A stretch of DNA of 64,000 nt from Candidatus Dadabacteria bacterium (GTDB taxonomy: Bacteria; Desulfobacterota_D; UBA1144; Nemesobacterales; CSP1-2), in the NCBI GenBank assembly GCA_963805855.1, contig CAWDVW010000006.1:260876-324875 (forward strand). Reading direction: 5' to 3'. The notes beneath the pieces were generated by a model. That model saw only the letters and a program-made list of their open reading frames with translations. It made no database searches and had not been told where the DNA came from. This document shows, one piece after another, positions 40,498-51,782 of the stretch; positions within the stretch are counted from its first letter, which is position 1; every line of letters starts with the position of its first letter. The position numbers and the translations under genes are program-made.

Positions 40498-40543
40498 ATG
40501 GAGAAAACATAAGGATTGGAAACAAACCTGTCATCACCTGAAA

Positions 40544-41194
40544 TCATCTTTTCACATCTTTCCAATCTGACAGAAATCTTTCGAGGCCAGCATCTGTTAA
40601 TGGATGCTTTAAGAGTTGCTTGAAAACCTTGTAGGGCATGGTCGAAACATGTGCTCCTGCCTTTCCGGCCTCAACTACATGTACAGGATGTCTGATGCTT
40701 GCTACTAATACCTGGGTGTTAAAGGCATAATTCTTGTAGATATCAACGATATCTTTCACTATGTTCATACCAATTTCCGAGATATCGTCAAGCCTTCCAA
40801 CAAATGGGCTTACATAGGTCGCGCCCGCTTTAGCGGCAATTAATGCCTGTGAAGGTGAAAACACAAGTGTGACATTAACTTTAATTCCCTCATCAGATAC
40901 GATCTTTGTTGCCCTGATTCCGTCTTCTGTAAGAGGCATTTTTACAACAACATGTGGGTGAATTTCGGCAAGGTCTCTGGCTTCGTCGAGCATTCTCTCT
41001 ATGTCAGTGCTTATTACCTCAGCGCTTACCGGTCCATCTACAATCTCGCATATTTCCTTTACCAATTGTTTAAATCCCTTCTGTTCTCCTTGTTTTGAAA
41101 CCAGGGTAGGGTTTGTGGTTACACCGTCCAGAATTCCAATACTAGCGGCGTCCCTTATTTCATCCAGGTTCGCGGTGTCCAGGAAGAATTTCAT
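40544..41194 (-). CDS. tal: Transaldolase, short FSA-like type
   Basis: [51 protein letters not shown]. Confidence 0.92.
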   Translation of the reverse strand: MKFFLDTANLDEIRDAASIGILDGVTTNPTLVSKQGEQKGFKQLVKEICEIVDGPVSAEVISTDIERMLDEARDLAEIHPHVVVKMPLTEDGIRATKIVSDEGIKVNVTLVFSPSQALIAAKAGATYVSPFVGRLDDISEIGMNIVKDIVDIYKNYAFNTQVLVASIRHPVHVVEAGKAGAHVSTMPYKVFKQLLKHPLTDAGLERFLSDWKDVKR

Positions 41195-41345
41195 CGCGTA
41201 GCCTCCTATATCGTTACCCGAATATAACATAATTTATTTATCGAGTGAAGATGAATAGATAGTTTCTATCAGAGTTTATCTGGATTTGACAAACTTTCGA
41301 ATATCTGAAGAATATCATTTTAACTTTTTCAACAGCGTGGTAAAC

Positions 41346-41639
41346 ATGTCTAATAGAAAGAAATCGGCAGTTAAAAGGCACCGGCAGAACTTGAAAAGAA
41401 GATCCAGGAATATGAATACGCGTTCGAAACTGAGGACCCTTGCTAAAAGCATTAGCTCCGCTATCGATGCTAATGATGTTGCTAAGGCGCAAGAGATCTT
41501 AAGGGTTACGATGGCCGAGTTTGATAAGGCTGGTTCAAAGGGTGTAATTCATAAAGGGACGGCATCACGAAACATATCCAGGTTCTCAAAAAAGGTATCT
41601 AACCTGTCAAAATCATTACAACAAGCTTCTTCTACGTAA
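41346..41639 (+). CDS. rpsT: 30S ribosomal protein S20
   Basis: MSNRKKSAVKRHRQN...DKAGSKGVIHKGTASR. Confidence 0.95.
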   Translation: MSNRKKSAVKRHRQNLKRRSRNMNTRSKLRTLAKSISSAIDANDVAKAQEILRVTMAEFDKAGSKGVIHKGTASRNISRFSKKVSNLSKSLQQASST

Positions 41640-41651
41640 CCATTTTAATTG

Positions 41652-42650
41652 TTACCTGCACATTTCCAAAACTAATTTTGTGAGAATCTGATGACTTGGA
41701 AGAGAGCTGGTCTTTAATTTTTTATCCACCTGGTAGAGACTTTTCATTATTTCCCTGATCTCCGCCGAAGTAAGGTTTTTTGCATGTTCCCTTGCATAGT
41801 ACAGGGCTCCCGACGAAATTTTAACTTCCTTAAGAATTTGCTCCTTTGTGAATTTCTTCTCAATAAGCTCCTTTACTCTCCAGATAAGTCTAAATCTCCA
41901 GCTCAACATGTTAAGTATCGATAGAGGGTCCTCGTTCTTCAATTCAAGATCCAGCAATGCTCTTAGTGCATTTTTCATATCCTTTTTGGCAATTGAATTT
42001 AATAGTTGGAAGATATTTTCAAACTTGATTTTTTCTGTAATCCTTTCTACATCGGCAGCGTCGATTTTCTTTTTGCCAGCAGTGTATAGTGATAGTTTTT
42101 CTATCTCTGTCTTGATGTCCTGCAAATTTTCGCCTATTAGGGATGTCAAACGCAGAACCGCCTCGTTCGTTATATCATGACCGCACTCTGCAGCGATTTC
42201 CCTGATCGATGAATGCATGTTGTTTTTATCAACTGTCGTATCGACTATAAAAATATTCTCATTATTTTTATTCTCTATACCCTTAGTGTTATTGAATTGA
42301 AATACCAGACAAGTAAACGACGAAGGTGATTGAAAGTACTTTTCAAACGCTTTCAGCTCAGACGTAGATAATTTCTCCGCATTTTTCAATAAGATGAGCC
42401 TCTTGTTTCCAAACATCGGGTAGGTTTGTGCCAAAGAGATAATATCCTCTGCAGATGCTGTATCGCCGTGAAAAAGCAAGTAGTTAAGCTCGGGGTTCTT
42501 AATTAAGATGTGCTTTTTTAATCTATCAATGGCCTGTTCTGTTAAAAATGTTTGTTCTCCAGTGAAAAAATAGACGGGTCTGACCACATTGTTATCAAGA
42601 TTACTGTAAAGACTTTGCATATTGATTCTATTTGGTGTCTTCTTTTTCAT
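41652..42650 (-). CDS. holA: DNA polymerase III delta subunit
   Basis: PVYFFTGE, TYPMFGNKRL, EIEKLSLY, DKKLKTS; convergent with rpsT. Confidence 0.9.
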   Translation of the reverse strand: MKKKTPNRINMQSLYSNLDNNVVRPVYFFTGEQTFLTEQAIDRLKKHILIKNPELNYLLFHGDTASAEDIISLAQTYPMFGNKRLILLKNAEKLSTSELKAFEKYFQSPSSFTCLVFQFNNTKGIENKNNENIFIVDTTVDKNNMHSSIREIAAECGHDITNEAVLRLTSLIGENLQDIKTEIEKLSLYTAGKKKIDAADVERITEKIKFENIFQLLNSIAKKDMKNALRALLDLELKNEDPLSILNMLSWRFRLIWRVKELIEKKFTKEQILKEVKISSGALYYAREHAKNLTSAEIREIMKSLYQVDKKLKTSSLPSHQILTKLVLEMCR

Positions 42651-42751
42651 CTTGAAAACTGGAAGGAGTTTATGGATTAATTATATTTCATTAGCAACGC
42701 TTCGGCAATTTATCTAAGATCATAGTTTGGTAGTCTACAAAGGGAAACAAT

Positions 42752-43483
42752 ATGATACGACGCTACGTTGAATGGATATACCTCGAAGATGTAGAGTACT
42801 CTTTTGGCATTGACCTGCAGAGTATATTACACGAAAAGGTGTCCCGTCTAAGCTCAGATACAACAGGATTTCTTTTGCTTGTCCAACATAGATCAGTTAT
42901 TACGGTTGGAAGGTTCGGTAAAAATAGTAACATCCTGTACACCGAAGAATATCTAAAAGAAAGGGGTATTGCCGTACATAAGACATCCCGTGGGGGAGAT
43001 GTCACTTTTCATGGGCCGGGCCAGCTCGTTGGATACCCAATAATAAATCTGAGGGGTTTTAAGTTGGGGATTAGATCTTATGTCCATTTATTGGAGGAAA
43101 CAATCATAGAAGTCCTTAAATATTTTGATATAGTGGCGGAGAGGAGGGAAAAGTACCCGGGTGTTTGGGTTGGCAGAGAAAAGATCGCCTCAATAGGTAT
43201 CCAGGTGAGTAAACATACGTCTATGCATGGAGTGGCAATGAATGTGAGCAATGACCTCGATAACTTTTCTCTGATAGTGCCCTGCGGCATTAGTGAGGGG
43301 GTTGTTACATCCATAAAGAAATTGATTAACGGTACAATTCCGCTCAGGCAGGTCGCGCATTGCTTTGCGAAGGAATTCGGGAAGATATTCGATGCTGAAA
43401 TCGGGGAAATTCTAGATTTGAGCAGATCGTCTCTTCTGATAGACGAAAACAGTACCGATATAATTGAAAAGCTTATGATTTAA
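42752..43483 (+). CDS. lipB: Lipoyl(octanoyl) transferase
   Basis: RGGDVTFHGPGQLVGYPI, GVWV, KIASIG, HGVAMN, IVPCGI. Confidence 0.94.
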   Translation: MIRRYVEWIYLEDVEYSFGIDLQSILHEKVSRLSSDTTGFLLLVQHRSVITVGRFGKNSNILYTEEYLKERGIAVHKTSRGGDVTFHGPGQLVGYPIINLRGFKLGIRSYVHLLEETIIEVLKYFDIVAERREKYPGVWVGREKIASIGIQVSKHTSMHGVAMNVSNDLDNFSLIVPCGISEGVVTSIKKLINGTIPLRQVAHCFAKEFGKIFDAEIGEILDLSRSSLLIDENSTDIIEKLMI

Positions 43484-43570
43484 GGTGGTTATGTCTCAAC
43501 CAAAGGAGCCCTCCAGGCTTCGAAACCATACGAACGCTGACATTCGGCGTGCGAACGGATACATGGATAA

Positions 43571-44449
43571 TCTCCTCCCCCTTGACGGGGGAGGATGGAA
43601 GGTAGGGGTGACCATTATCCCCCAAAACCCAATTCACCAGCTATCACTTCCATTACAATCTCGATATCCTGCAACACCTCATTATTCCAAAATCGTAGTA
43701 CCTTAAAACCCTTGTCTTCCAGCCATCTATCACGCTTAGCATCATAAAATTTGAATTTGTCATGTTGTCCTCCATCCACTTCAATAATTAATTTCTTTTC
43801 TAAACAGACAAAGTCAACTATGAATGGTCCTAAAGGATGCTGTCTTCTAAACTTATACCCTCCCATCCGACGAAGCCGAATATGGGCCCACAATTTTCTT
43901 TCTGCGTCTGTAGGATTTTTTCTCAAATCCCTTGATCTATTAACAAGCATTTGTTAACCCCCTTCCTAACCTTCCCCCTTACAAGGGGAAGGGATAGTTT
44001 CTAGATTTCCTGGATTTTCAGCGGGATCGAAGTACGTGTACCAATTATAATCCACCCTTATCCTTCGGGGATATTCAAAAGTAGGAAACGTTAGTCCCTA
44101 TTAAGTCTTTATACTCCAATATCTCCTCCCCCCAACGTGTTGGGGGAGGACTAAGGTGGGGGTTACATCTCTGCATAACCCAATTCGTTGCGATGTTTCT
44201 AGTCATTTTCTACTAACCCCATCCTAGCCTTCCCCCTTTTTCAAAGGGGAAGGATTTAAAATTCACTTACCTTTTTTAGGTGGAATGGGCTGTTGATAAT
44301 TAATTATACGACCATTTATTCGTTGTGGTTGAGGGCGAGAAAAAATATAATAACTGCAATATAAATTAATGTACCGCCCCGTATTGATCTCCCTTTAGGG
44401 GGTAAAATTCTCCTCCCACACCTGTGGGAGTGGATTAAGTTGGGGGGTA
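43571..44449. repeat. Array of five ~40-bp hairpin repeats in alternating orientation around DUF559
   Basis: 43571-43610(+), 43956-43994(-), 44122-44165(+), 44214-44254(-), 44409-44449(+); consensus tctcctcccc-loop-ggggagga..aaggt.ggggt. Confidence 0.88.
43615..43950 (-). CDS. DUF559 (Vsr-like PD-(D/E)XK) endonuclease-domain protein
   Basis: LRKNPTDAERKLW, KFRRQHP, IVDF, IIEVDGGQH, VLRFWN. Confidence 0.93.
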   Translation of the reverse strand: MLVNRSRDLRKNPTDAERKLWAHIRLRRMGGYKFRRQHPLGPFIVDFVCLEKKLIIEVDGGQHDKFKFYDAKRDRWLEDKGFKVLRFWNNEVLQDIEIVMEVIAGELGFGG

Positions 44450-44461
44450 TTTTTTTTACTA

Positions 44462-44902
44462 TCAGGACTCCCTTTCACAAGTCTCTAGGTCATTGAAAAA
44501 GTATTTTATTTCAAATAGGGCTGATTCAGGAGAGTCAGACCCGTGAACGATATTCTGTTCTATATTGGATGCGTAATCGCTTCTAATTGTTCCTTTGACG
44601 GCTTCTTGAGGATTTGTCGCACCCATTATTTCGCGCAGCTTGTTTATCGCATTCTCACCTTCAAGTAGAATAACTACACAAGGCCCAGAGGACATGAAAT
44701 TCGTAAGACTCGAGAAGAATGGCCTGTCTTTATGTACAGCGTAAAATCCTTCTGCTTGTTTTTTTGAGAGACTTATCATTTTCAATCCAATCAACCTAAG
44801 GTCGGCACTTTCAAACCGAGTCAAGACCTCACCGATCAAATTCCTTCTGACGCCATCAGGTTTAACTATAGAGAGTGTCCTTTCCAATTTTACAGCCTCC
44901 AA
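44462..44902 (-). CDS. ndk: Nucleoside diphosphate kinase
   Basis: [25 protein letters not shown]. Confidence 0.96.
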   Translation of the reverse strand: MEAVKLERTLSIVKPDGVRRNLIGEVLTRFESADLRLIGLKMISLSKKQAEGFYAVHKDRPFFSSLTNFMSSGPCVVILLEGENAINKLREIMGATNPQEAVKGTIRSDYASNIEQNIVHGSDSPESALFEIKYFFNDLETCERES

Positions 44903-45246
44903 GCTTTTATTTTCCGGTTAAGTTTTCTTCTAAGCCGTTGATTTGTCAAATTATTTTTAGAAAACACCGGCTTAAGACGTATATTAAAGATGATTAATTT
45001 TGTTGATCAATTTTTCAAATGTACGGTGCTCGGTATACTAGATTGAAATGCTCAAGTATCTATGGATGATATTTATTTTGAAAGCTGCTTTATCGACGCA
45101 ACTTTAATTAGTTGTGCTAATGTATTAACTTTTATAAGACGCAAAAAGATATTTTAAAAACTGAGGCTTGTCATTATTATTGGAAGAGAATATTGAGTCA
45201 TATTTATCTGAATCCTTTGTTGAGATATTAAGTTAAAAGTACCTTT

Positions 45247-45795
45247 ATGGCGGGATCTTCAGTGCCGGAAGCTAATTCTGATACGGATTACGGTCAAAAA
45301 AAGAGGTGTTGGTATGCCGTATACACTGTAGTTAGGCACGAAAAGGCTGCAGACAGCGCCCTTAAACAGAAACAAATAGAAACATTTTTACCCCTTCGAG
45401 AGATTACAAGTCAATGGAAAGATAGAAAGAAAAGGGTTCTTTTACCACTTTTCCCCGGATACCTCTTTGTAAACACAACGCTGGACTATAAATTAAATAT
45501 TCTCAATACCCCTGGGATAGTTAGGATTCTTGGTATATCCGGAACGCCTGCTCCAATACCAGAGGATCAGATCGACTCGATAAGGAAGCTCCTTGAGAGC
45601 AAGGTGCCATTCGATCCACATCCCTATTTGAAAGAGGGGGAAATGGTGATCGTGACCCACGGGCCCCTTCAGGGGATAGTTGGAAGAATTTTAAAGAGGA
45701 GAGGGTTAAATAAGCTGATACTCTCAGTTGATCTTATTAAGAGAGCCATTTCGGTGGAAATAGATATCGGAATGGTTGAGATAATAGAGTCTTAA
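45247..45795 (+). CDS. NusG paralogue, UpxY/RfaH-type transcription antiterminator
   Basis: WYAVYT..RHEK, WKDRKK, PLFPGYLFV, KOW motif GPLQGIVG. Confidence 0.9.
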   Translation: MAGSSVPEANSDTDYGQKKRCWYAVYTVVRHEKAADSALKQKQIETFLPLREITSQWKDRKKRVLLPLFPGYLFVNTTLDYKLNILNTPGIVRILGISGTPAPIPEDQIDSIRKLLESKVPFDPHPYLKEGEMVIVTHGPLQGIVGRILKRRGLNKLILSVDLIKRAISVEIDIGMVEIIES

Positions 45796-46242
45796 CCTAC
45801 TTACATCATTCAACAGTTTTTGTTTATGATGATAATGCAATAGGTCTGTATGGAATCTTGAATTGATACGTCTATAATTACTTAAATTATTCCAATAGCC
45901 CCAAATTCCTTTATAATTAAAGCAACTTGCGATTACTATCTTAGGCGCATTAAGAGTGTAGTCCTGATATAGGTGTCTAATATTTGCTCAAAATGGCTTA
46001 GATTATCTGAACGTCATATTTATGAAAATCTTCCGATTCTCGTTAAAAGAGATGAATAAGCCTATAAGCCGAGCAAATATAAATAATTTCGGCAAGTTAA
46101 GAACATTACATCAATTTAGTTTTGGAAGGTCAGGTTATCAATGACACCTATGAAAATAATGCTTGACATTGACTTTCAATATATACTATCATTGTATTTA
46201 TAATGGCTTGTGAAACGCTGTCAAAGGATAAATATTATCTAA

Positions 46243-47535
46243 ATGTCGGAAATAAAAACCCGAAGTTCATTACAAGATACTCAATTTACACAGATAGCGA
46301 ATGAAATTGCTCTAAAAGCAAAAGATGCCTCTAATTCTCTAGCCAAAGTAACTTCTCGTTCCAAGGACGAAGGCCTGTTAGCTATGTCCAGGCTGATCTC
46401 TTCTGAATCGAGTTTTATACTAGAAGAGAATAATAAGGACATAGAAGACGCTAGAAATAAAGGTCTGTCTTCTGCCTTCATTGACAGACTTACACTTAGT
46501 CCCGCCCGAATAAAGGCCATGTCAGATGGCTTGAGGGAGATTGTTGCCCTTCGTGATCCAGTTGGTGAGATTCTCAGAATGTGGAAAAGACCAAATGGGC
46601 TAATCGTTGGAAAGATGCGGATACCTATCGGTGTAATTGGAATAATATATGAAGCTAGGCCTAACGTAACCGTGGATGGTGCGGGTTTATGTATAAAAGC
46701 TGGCAATGCTGTGATTCTGAGGGGGGGGTCAGAATCAATAAGATCTAATCTGGCCATCGGGGAATTGCTAAGGAAAGCCCTTGACGAGACTGATCTTCCC
46801 GAAGATTCGATACAAGTGGTTCCCGTTGCTGATAGGTCTTTTGTTCTAGAGATGTTGAAGCTTGAGAATCTTATTGACCTTATAATACCCAGAGGAGGGG
46901 AGGGGCTGATAAGGTTTGTCACTGAGAACTCAAGGATTCCAGTATTGAAGCACTATAAGGGGGTATGCCATATTTTTGTTGATGAATACGCTGATCTGGA
47001 AATGGCTGAGAGCGTTTGTATCAATGCCAAGGTTCAAAGGCCAGGCGTATGCAATGCTGTGGAGACTTTACTTGTCCATGAGGGTATAGCAGAAGAATTT
47101 CTTCCCAGACTCGTCAAAAGACTTGAGGCCGAGAGGGTTGAAATTCGTGGTTGCAACAGAACTAAACAGATTGTTCCGCTTGTCAAAGATGCAACTGAGG
47201 GGGATTGGTATAACGAATACCTGGATTTGATAATAAACGTTAAGGTTGTTATTAACATGGAGGATGCAATATCGCATATCGAGAAATATGGATCGAACCA
47301 TACGGAGGCAATCATAACTGAAAGTTATCATAATGCTCAGTACTTTTTGAATAGTGTGAATTCATCAACCGTTCTGGTTAATGCATCTACCAGGTTTAGT
47401 GATGGATTTGAGCTTGGTTTGGGTGCAGAGATCGGCATCAGTACTTCAAAACTCCATGCCTATGGCCCTATGGGGTTGGAAGAGCTTACGGTTACAAAAT
47501 ACATAATTTATGGGGATGGACAAATACGAAATTAA
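46243..47535 (+). CDS. proA: Gamma-glutamyl phosphate reductase
   Basis: [40 protein letters not shown]. Confidence 0.96.
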   Translation: MSEIKTRSSLQDTQFTQIANEIALKAKDASNSLAKVTSRSKDEGLLAMSRLISSESSFILEENNKDIEDARNKGLSSAFIDRLTLSPARIKAMSDGLREIVALRDPVGEILRMWKRPNGLIVGKMRIPIGVIGIIYEARPNVTVDGAGLCIKAGNAVILRGGSESIRSNLAIGELLRKALDETDLPEDSIQVVPVADRSFVLEMLKLENLIDLIIPRGGEGLIRFVTENSRIPVLKHYKGVCHIFVDEYADLEMAESVCINAKVQRPGVCNAVETLLVHEGIAEEFLPRLVKRLEAERVEIRGCNRTKQIVPLVKDATEGDWYNEYLDLIINVKVVINMEDAISHIEKYGSNHTEAIITESYHNAQYFLNSVNSSTVLVNASTRFSDGFELGLGAEIGISTSKLHAYGPMGLEELTVTKYIIYGDGQIRN

Positions 47536-47557
47536 ATTAGTACAAGGAGGATGTTGA

Positions 47558-48898
47558 GTGAGACGAAGAAGACTAAAAACAAATTCGCGCAATCATATTT
47601 CAGTACAGGTAAGTAAGGGAGTAAAATCAATTTCTAAGGATACGAATAAAAGGATCAAGATCAAGAAAAATTCTCATAATGATTACCCATTAGAGGAAGT
47701 CGATGTCTTAAAGGAGGGCTTCTTTATTCCTTTAGATATAGATGAGAGCATTATGTCTGAATTAAATGATGAAGGGTTCGATCTTCAGTTAGAAAGCTCA
47801 AAGGATGGCGCAACTGGAAAAAAGAAAAAGGAGTGGACACCTGACGATGAGTTTAGACTGCTTCAAGTATATTTCAAGGAGATGGGAACCGAGCCACTTC
47901 TTTCGCCGAAGCAGGAAGTAGAAGTGTCTGCTAAAATAAAGAAGTGTGAAGCTAGGGCGAAGGAGGCAAAAAAAATTCTTGAAAAGGTCTTCAAGAGTAA
48001 GCTTGGCGAACCTTTGGAAGAAGTAATATCTGGTTTGAAGGCTTTTTCTCTCGGAAAGTTCAAAAGGGGTCATTCAGGGAAGAAGTACAAAAGCAAGAAG
48101 GGCATGAGCGTAGATCTTACTCCGGGTCGTATCCGAAGTTATAGTGTGTTAACTAAAGCTTATCAGACAAGGGCTCGACGGTTTAAGGAAAGGTTCGTCA
48201 AGGCCAATTTGAGGCTTGTTGTAAGCATAGCCAAGAGGTATATGGGCAGGGGACTGCCTCTGCCTGACCTTATTCAAGAAGGAAACGTTGGTTTAATGAG
48301 GGCAGTGGAGCGATTTGATCATAGAAAGGGTTTTAAATTCTCAACTTATGCATCTTGGTGGATCCACCAGGCCATTTCCAGGTCGTTACTGGATCAGACA
48401 AGAACAATCAGGGTACCTGTCTATGTCCTGGAGCAGGCAAGTAAGGTGCATAAAATAACCTCACTTATCCATAGAGAAACTGGAAGAAAGCCTTTTCCAG
48501 AGGAGATTTCTAAGAAATCTGGTATCTCTATAGAGGGAGTGAAAAGGGTTATAGATGCCACAAAGGACGTTGTACATCTCGATTCTCCCATACTTGACGG
48601 CGAGAAAACTACACTTATGGAATTTATACCTGATGAGGAGTCACCAACACCTGACTCAGCAGTTGCCAAAGCGACTCTTTCAGATAAGATGAGAGTTGCT
48701 TTGTCAAATTTATCATCAAGAGAAGAGCAGATCCTAAAGATGAGATTTGGGATTGGCTTTGAAACAACGTATACACTGGATGAAATTGGCAGGTATTTTT
48801 GTCTTACACGCGAGAGGATCAGACAGATTGAGAAGAGATCTCTCGAAAAACTTGAAGGTTCTGACGTTGGCGGAATGCTAAAAAGCTTTATTGATTAG
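47558..48898 (+). CDS. RpoD/SigA-family sigma70 factor (probably a non-primary paralogue)
   Basis: ANLRLVVSIAKRY, DLIQEGN, KFSTYASWWI, TRERIRQIE; no clear region 1.1. Confidence 0.9.
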   Translation: MRRRRLKTNSRNHISVQVSKGVKSISKDTNKRIKIKKNSHNDYPLEEVDVLKEGFFIPLDIDESIMSELNDEGFDLQLESSKDGATGKKKKEWTPDDEFRLLQVYFKEMGTEPLLSPKQEVEVSAKIKKCEARAKEAKKILEKVFKSKLGEPLEEVISGLKAFSLGKFKRGHSGKKYKSKKGMSVDLTPGRIRSYSVLTKAYQTRARRFKERFVKANLRLVVSIAKRYMGRGLPLPDLIQEGNVGLMRAVERFDHRKGFKFSTYASWWIHQAISRSLLDQTRTIRVPVYVLEQASKVHKITSLIHRETGRKPFPEEISKKSGISIEGVKRVIDATKDVVHLDSPILDGEKTTLMEFIPDEESPTPDSAVAKATLSDKMRVALSNLSSREEQILKMRFGIGFETTYTLDEIGRYFCLTRERIRQIEKRSLEKLEGSDVGGMLKSFID

Positions 48899-48903
48899 AT
48901 TTA

Positions 48904-50559
48904 ATGCTTCTCGGACTTACCCTTAAGAATTTTGCCATTGTTGACGACATAACCATAAATTTCGGCAGTGGCCTAAACATCGTTACTGGGGAGACAGGGG
49001 CGGGAAAATCCATAATCGTCAATGCGATTAATTTTATCCTTGGTGACAGGGCGTCGTCCGACCTTATTAAATCCGGGGAGGATGAGGCCCAGGTTGAGGC
49101 CCTCTTTGATATAAGCGATGATAGCGAGTTTTTGGGAAGGCTGGGTTCCTTAGGGATTCAAACTGGCGGCGGTGAGGTTTTGATCAAGAGGGTTTTTTCT
49201 GTCAGTGGAAAAGGACGAGTGTATATCAATGGTAACTTGGCCACAATTGGGATGCTTGGTCAAATAACAAATGGAATCATTGATGTATTCAGCCAGCACG
49301 AGCATCAGAGTCTTCTAAGAGAAGGTAATCAATTGAAAGTCCTTGATGAATTCGGTGGATTGATGGAAATTTGCTTGAGCTTTTCTGAGCTTTTCCGGGA
49401 ATATGTTGAGGTCAAAAAGGAACTAGAGGAAATGAGAATGCGCTATGATGGCCAAGTGAAAAAACAGGATTTTTTAAGGTTTCAGTGTAGCGAAATTGAT
49501 TCGGCGAATCTAAAGGTTGGAGAGGATCAGCAGCTTGAACGGGAGAAATTGAAGTTGTCGAACGCCGAACAACTATTTTCAGTTTCAAAAGAGGCATACG
49601 AAATTGTGTACGAAAGTGATGAATCGATAATTGATAAATTGAAAAGGGTTAAAAGCAGCATAGATAATGCTGCGAAGGTGGACGAGAGTTTACTAGGTTT
49701 ATCTGAAGCCCTGGAAAGGGGAATGTCCGAGATTGAAGATTCGGCTTTTCGTCTTAGAGATTATTGCTCTAAAATTCATTATAGTCCAGAGAGATTGAGT
49801 CAAATTGAGGATCGCCTACTAGAAATAAAGAGATTAAAGAGAAAATACGGTAATACGATTGAAGAGTTAATTGAGAAGCGAGAAGAGATGGGAGAAGAAC
49901 TATTAAATCTAACCGATTTCGAAGAGAAGGAGAAAAGGTTACAAGCTGATGTGGATCTTCTGAAAAGTAAGGTGGATTATGGTGTAAGAGAACTCTCGAA
50001 AGCAAGATTAAATGCGGCAGGACGATTGTCGAGGCAAGTCGAAAAGCGTCTTGAGGAAGTGGGTATAAAAGGGGGTAGGTTACTCATCGATTTCGATAGA
50101 AAGGCAATCTCTTCAGATGGTTATGATAAGATTACTTTTCTCTTTTCTGCCAATCCTGATGAAAAACCCCGGCCTCTATCAAAGGTTGCTTCCGGAGGAG
50201 AGCTTTCACGAATAATGCTGGTTTTAAAAGAGGTAATCTCAAGGGCGGAAGGCGGGTCTATATTAATATTTGATGAAGCGGACTCTGGTATCGGGGGGGC
50301 AGTAGCAGAGACTGTTGGCAAGAAGATTAAAAGTCTTTCAAAAAGGCATCAGATAATTTGTATAACTCACCTTCCTCAGGTCGCGAAATTTGCGGATATA
50401 CATTTCAAGGTGACAAAAGAATTTCAGTATGATTCGACTAAGGTTGATATCAAAGAACTAGGTGAAGAGGAGATTATCAAGGAAATCGCCAGGATGCTGG
50501 GTGGCATCAAGATTACGGAAAAAACGTTGGCAGCTGCGCGAGAAATGTTCGAACATTAA
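48904..50559 (+). CDS. recN: DNA repair protein RecN
   Basis: TGETGAGKS, SGGELSR, IFDE, ITHLPQVA. Confidence 0.96.
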   Translation: MLLGLTLKNFAIVDDITINFGSGLNIVTGETGAGKSIIVNAINFILGDRASSDLIKSGEDEAQVEALFDISDDSEFLGRLGSLGIQTGGGEVLIKRVFSVSGKGRVYINGNLATIGMLGQITNGIIDVFSQHEHQSLLREGNQLKVLDEFGGLMEICLSFSELFREYVEVKKELEEMRMRYDGQVKKQDFLRFQCSEIDSANLKVGEDQQLEREKLKLSNAEQLFSVSKEAYEIVYESDESIIDKLKRVKSSIDNAAKVDESLLGLSEALERGMSEIEDSAFRLRDYCSKIHYSPERLSQIEDRLLEIKRLKRKYGNTIEELIEKREEMGEELLNLTDFEEKEKRLQADVDLLKSKVDYGVRELSKARLNAAGRLSRQVEKRLEEVGIKGGRLLIDFDRKAISSDGYDKITFLFSANPDEKPRPLSKVASGGELSRIMLVLKEVISRAEGGSILIFDEADSGIGGAVAETVGKKIKSLSKRHQIICITHLPQVAKFADIHFKVTKEFQYDSTKVDIKELGEEEIIKEIARMLGGIKITEKTLAAAREMFEH

Positions 50560-50588
50560 CGATATTTTATTTAACGACCCCCCGATTC

Positions 50589-51131
50589 TTATACCGCAAA
50601 TACAACGGCGGCAACCACCGTTGTCCATAGACCATTCTTATCACCAACGGCAGATTGTGTTACGTTTCTCGTCTTAACAGTATGGCCACTTATCTTCCAA
50701 ATATCTTTCTGTTCATCATAGCTCTTGTCAGGATCAAATGGCGCATCCAATATTGTCGCCAGCATGTAAGCCGCAAGGTCCTCCGCATATTCGCCCGCGA
50801 GCGTGTCATTCTGGCCAAAACTGTGGTGTTCAGAAAGATACCCATAGCGATTCGGATCCTTTGGAATCGCCATTCCTACGGAAGCTGCAACAAGCCTGTT
50901 TGGTTCATCCGTCGCGTTCTCACTCATGACCACATAAACGACTTGTCCGGGCTTGAGAAGCTTTAGCCCGCCCGAGGTAGATATCAGCTTGCATTTTGCG
51001 GGGAAAATGCTTGATACTTTAACGAGGTTGAATTCGGCAATCCTTGCGTCTCGAAGCGCCATCTCGAAGCTAGTTAACTTTTCTTTATGCTTGCCCACTC
51101 CTTTTGTTACAAAGGCGCTCTTAGGTACCAC
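50589..51131 (-). CDS. pdaD: Pyruvoyl-dependent arginine decarboxylase
   Basis: SFEMALRDA, NLVKVSSIFP (Ser-Ser cleavage site), GYLSEH, WTTVVAA. Confidence 0.9.
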   Translation of the reverse strand: MVPKSAFVTKGVGKHKEKLTSFEMALRDARIAEFNLVKVSSIFPAKCKLISTSGGLKLLKPGQVVYVVMSENATDEPNRLVAASVGMAIPKDPNRYGYLSEHHSFGQNDTLAGEYAEDLAAYMLATILDAPFDPDKSYDEQKDIWKISGHTVKTRNVTQSAVGDKNGLWTTVVAAVVFAV

Positions 51132-51380
51132 GAACTTACCTCCTAATGGTTATGCCTAGTAGAGTTCCTGACTAAAAAAAATAAAACGTGAATATTCTTA
51201 ATAAAATATTTTCCTATGTCAATAAAAGATTATAATTAATCGTATATCGACCAGAGAAAATGAGATATCTTAATTGCGTTATTTTGAATGTTTGCTTGAA
51301 AAAAACATTAACGTGTATAAATTAAGGGGTAATTCGAATTTATTTAATTCGACCCGACGATTATTTGACTTATATTAACA

Positions 51381-51617
51381 ATGGGAGGGAATGAAAAATT
51401 GTCTATAACAATAGCGCCACTTGAAGTAACCCCAAGCCGAGACATCAATTTTTTTCCTGGCTTGGATGGAACGGACCAAGTTATCAAAGATAAGAATAAA
51501 CCGATACAATACTGGGGTATTTATCTTGGCAATGAAACTATATCCTATACTTCCAGCAAGGATCATGCCGAAAAAACCAAAGAATGGATGGAAAAGTGGC
51601 TAAGAAACCAAAATTGA
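51381..51617 (+). CDS. Small hypothetical protein
   Basis: 78-aa ORF with protein-like composition (YWGIYL...YTSS...WMEKWL) in an otherwise empty gap. Confidence 0.6.
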   Translation: MGGNEKLSITIAPLEVTPSRDINFFPGLDGTDQVIKDKNKPIQYWGIYLGNETISYTSSKDHAEKTKEWMEKWLRNQN

Positions 51618-51782
51618 TAAGAGTTTTTGGATTGTATAAATGGGTATTCGGTCGATATCTAGCCCTGAACGGACTTACAGTTATCTTTGTGGAGAAATTC
51701 ATACAATACTCACCTAAGATACTGAAGTTAGTAATCTTATAATTAATTCCCATAATATTTCTTTCTGTCTTTAAACACTCAG

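Noticed and set aside
43571-44449. CRISPR array
   Set aside because: Repeats alternate in orientation, are degenerate and are irregularly spaced
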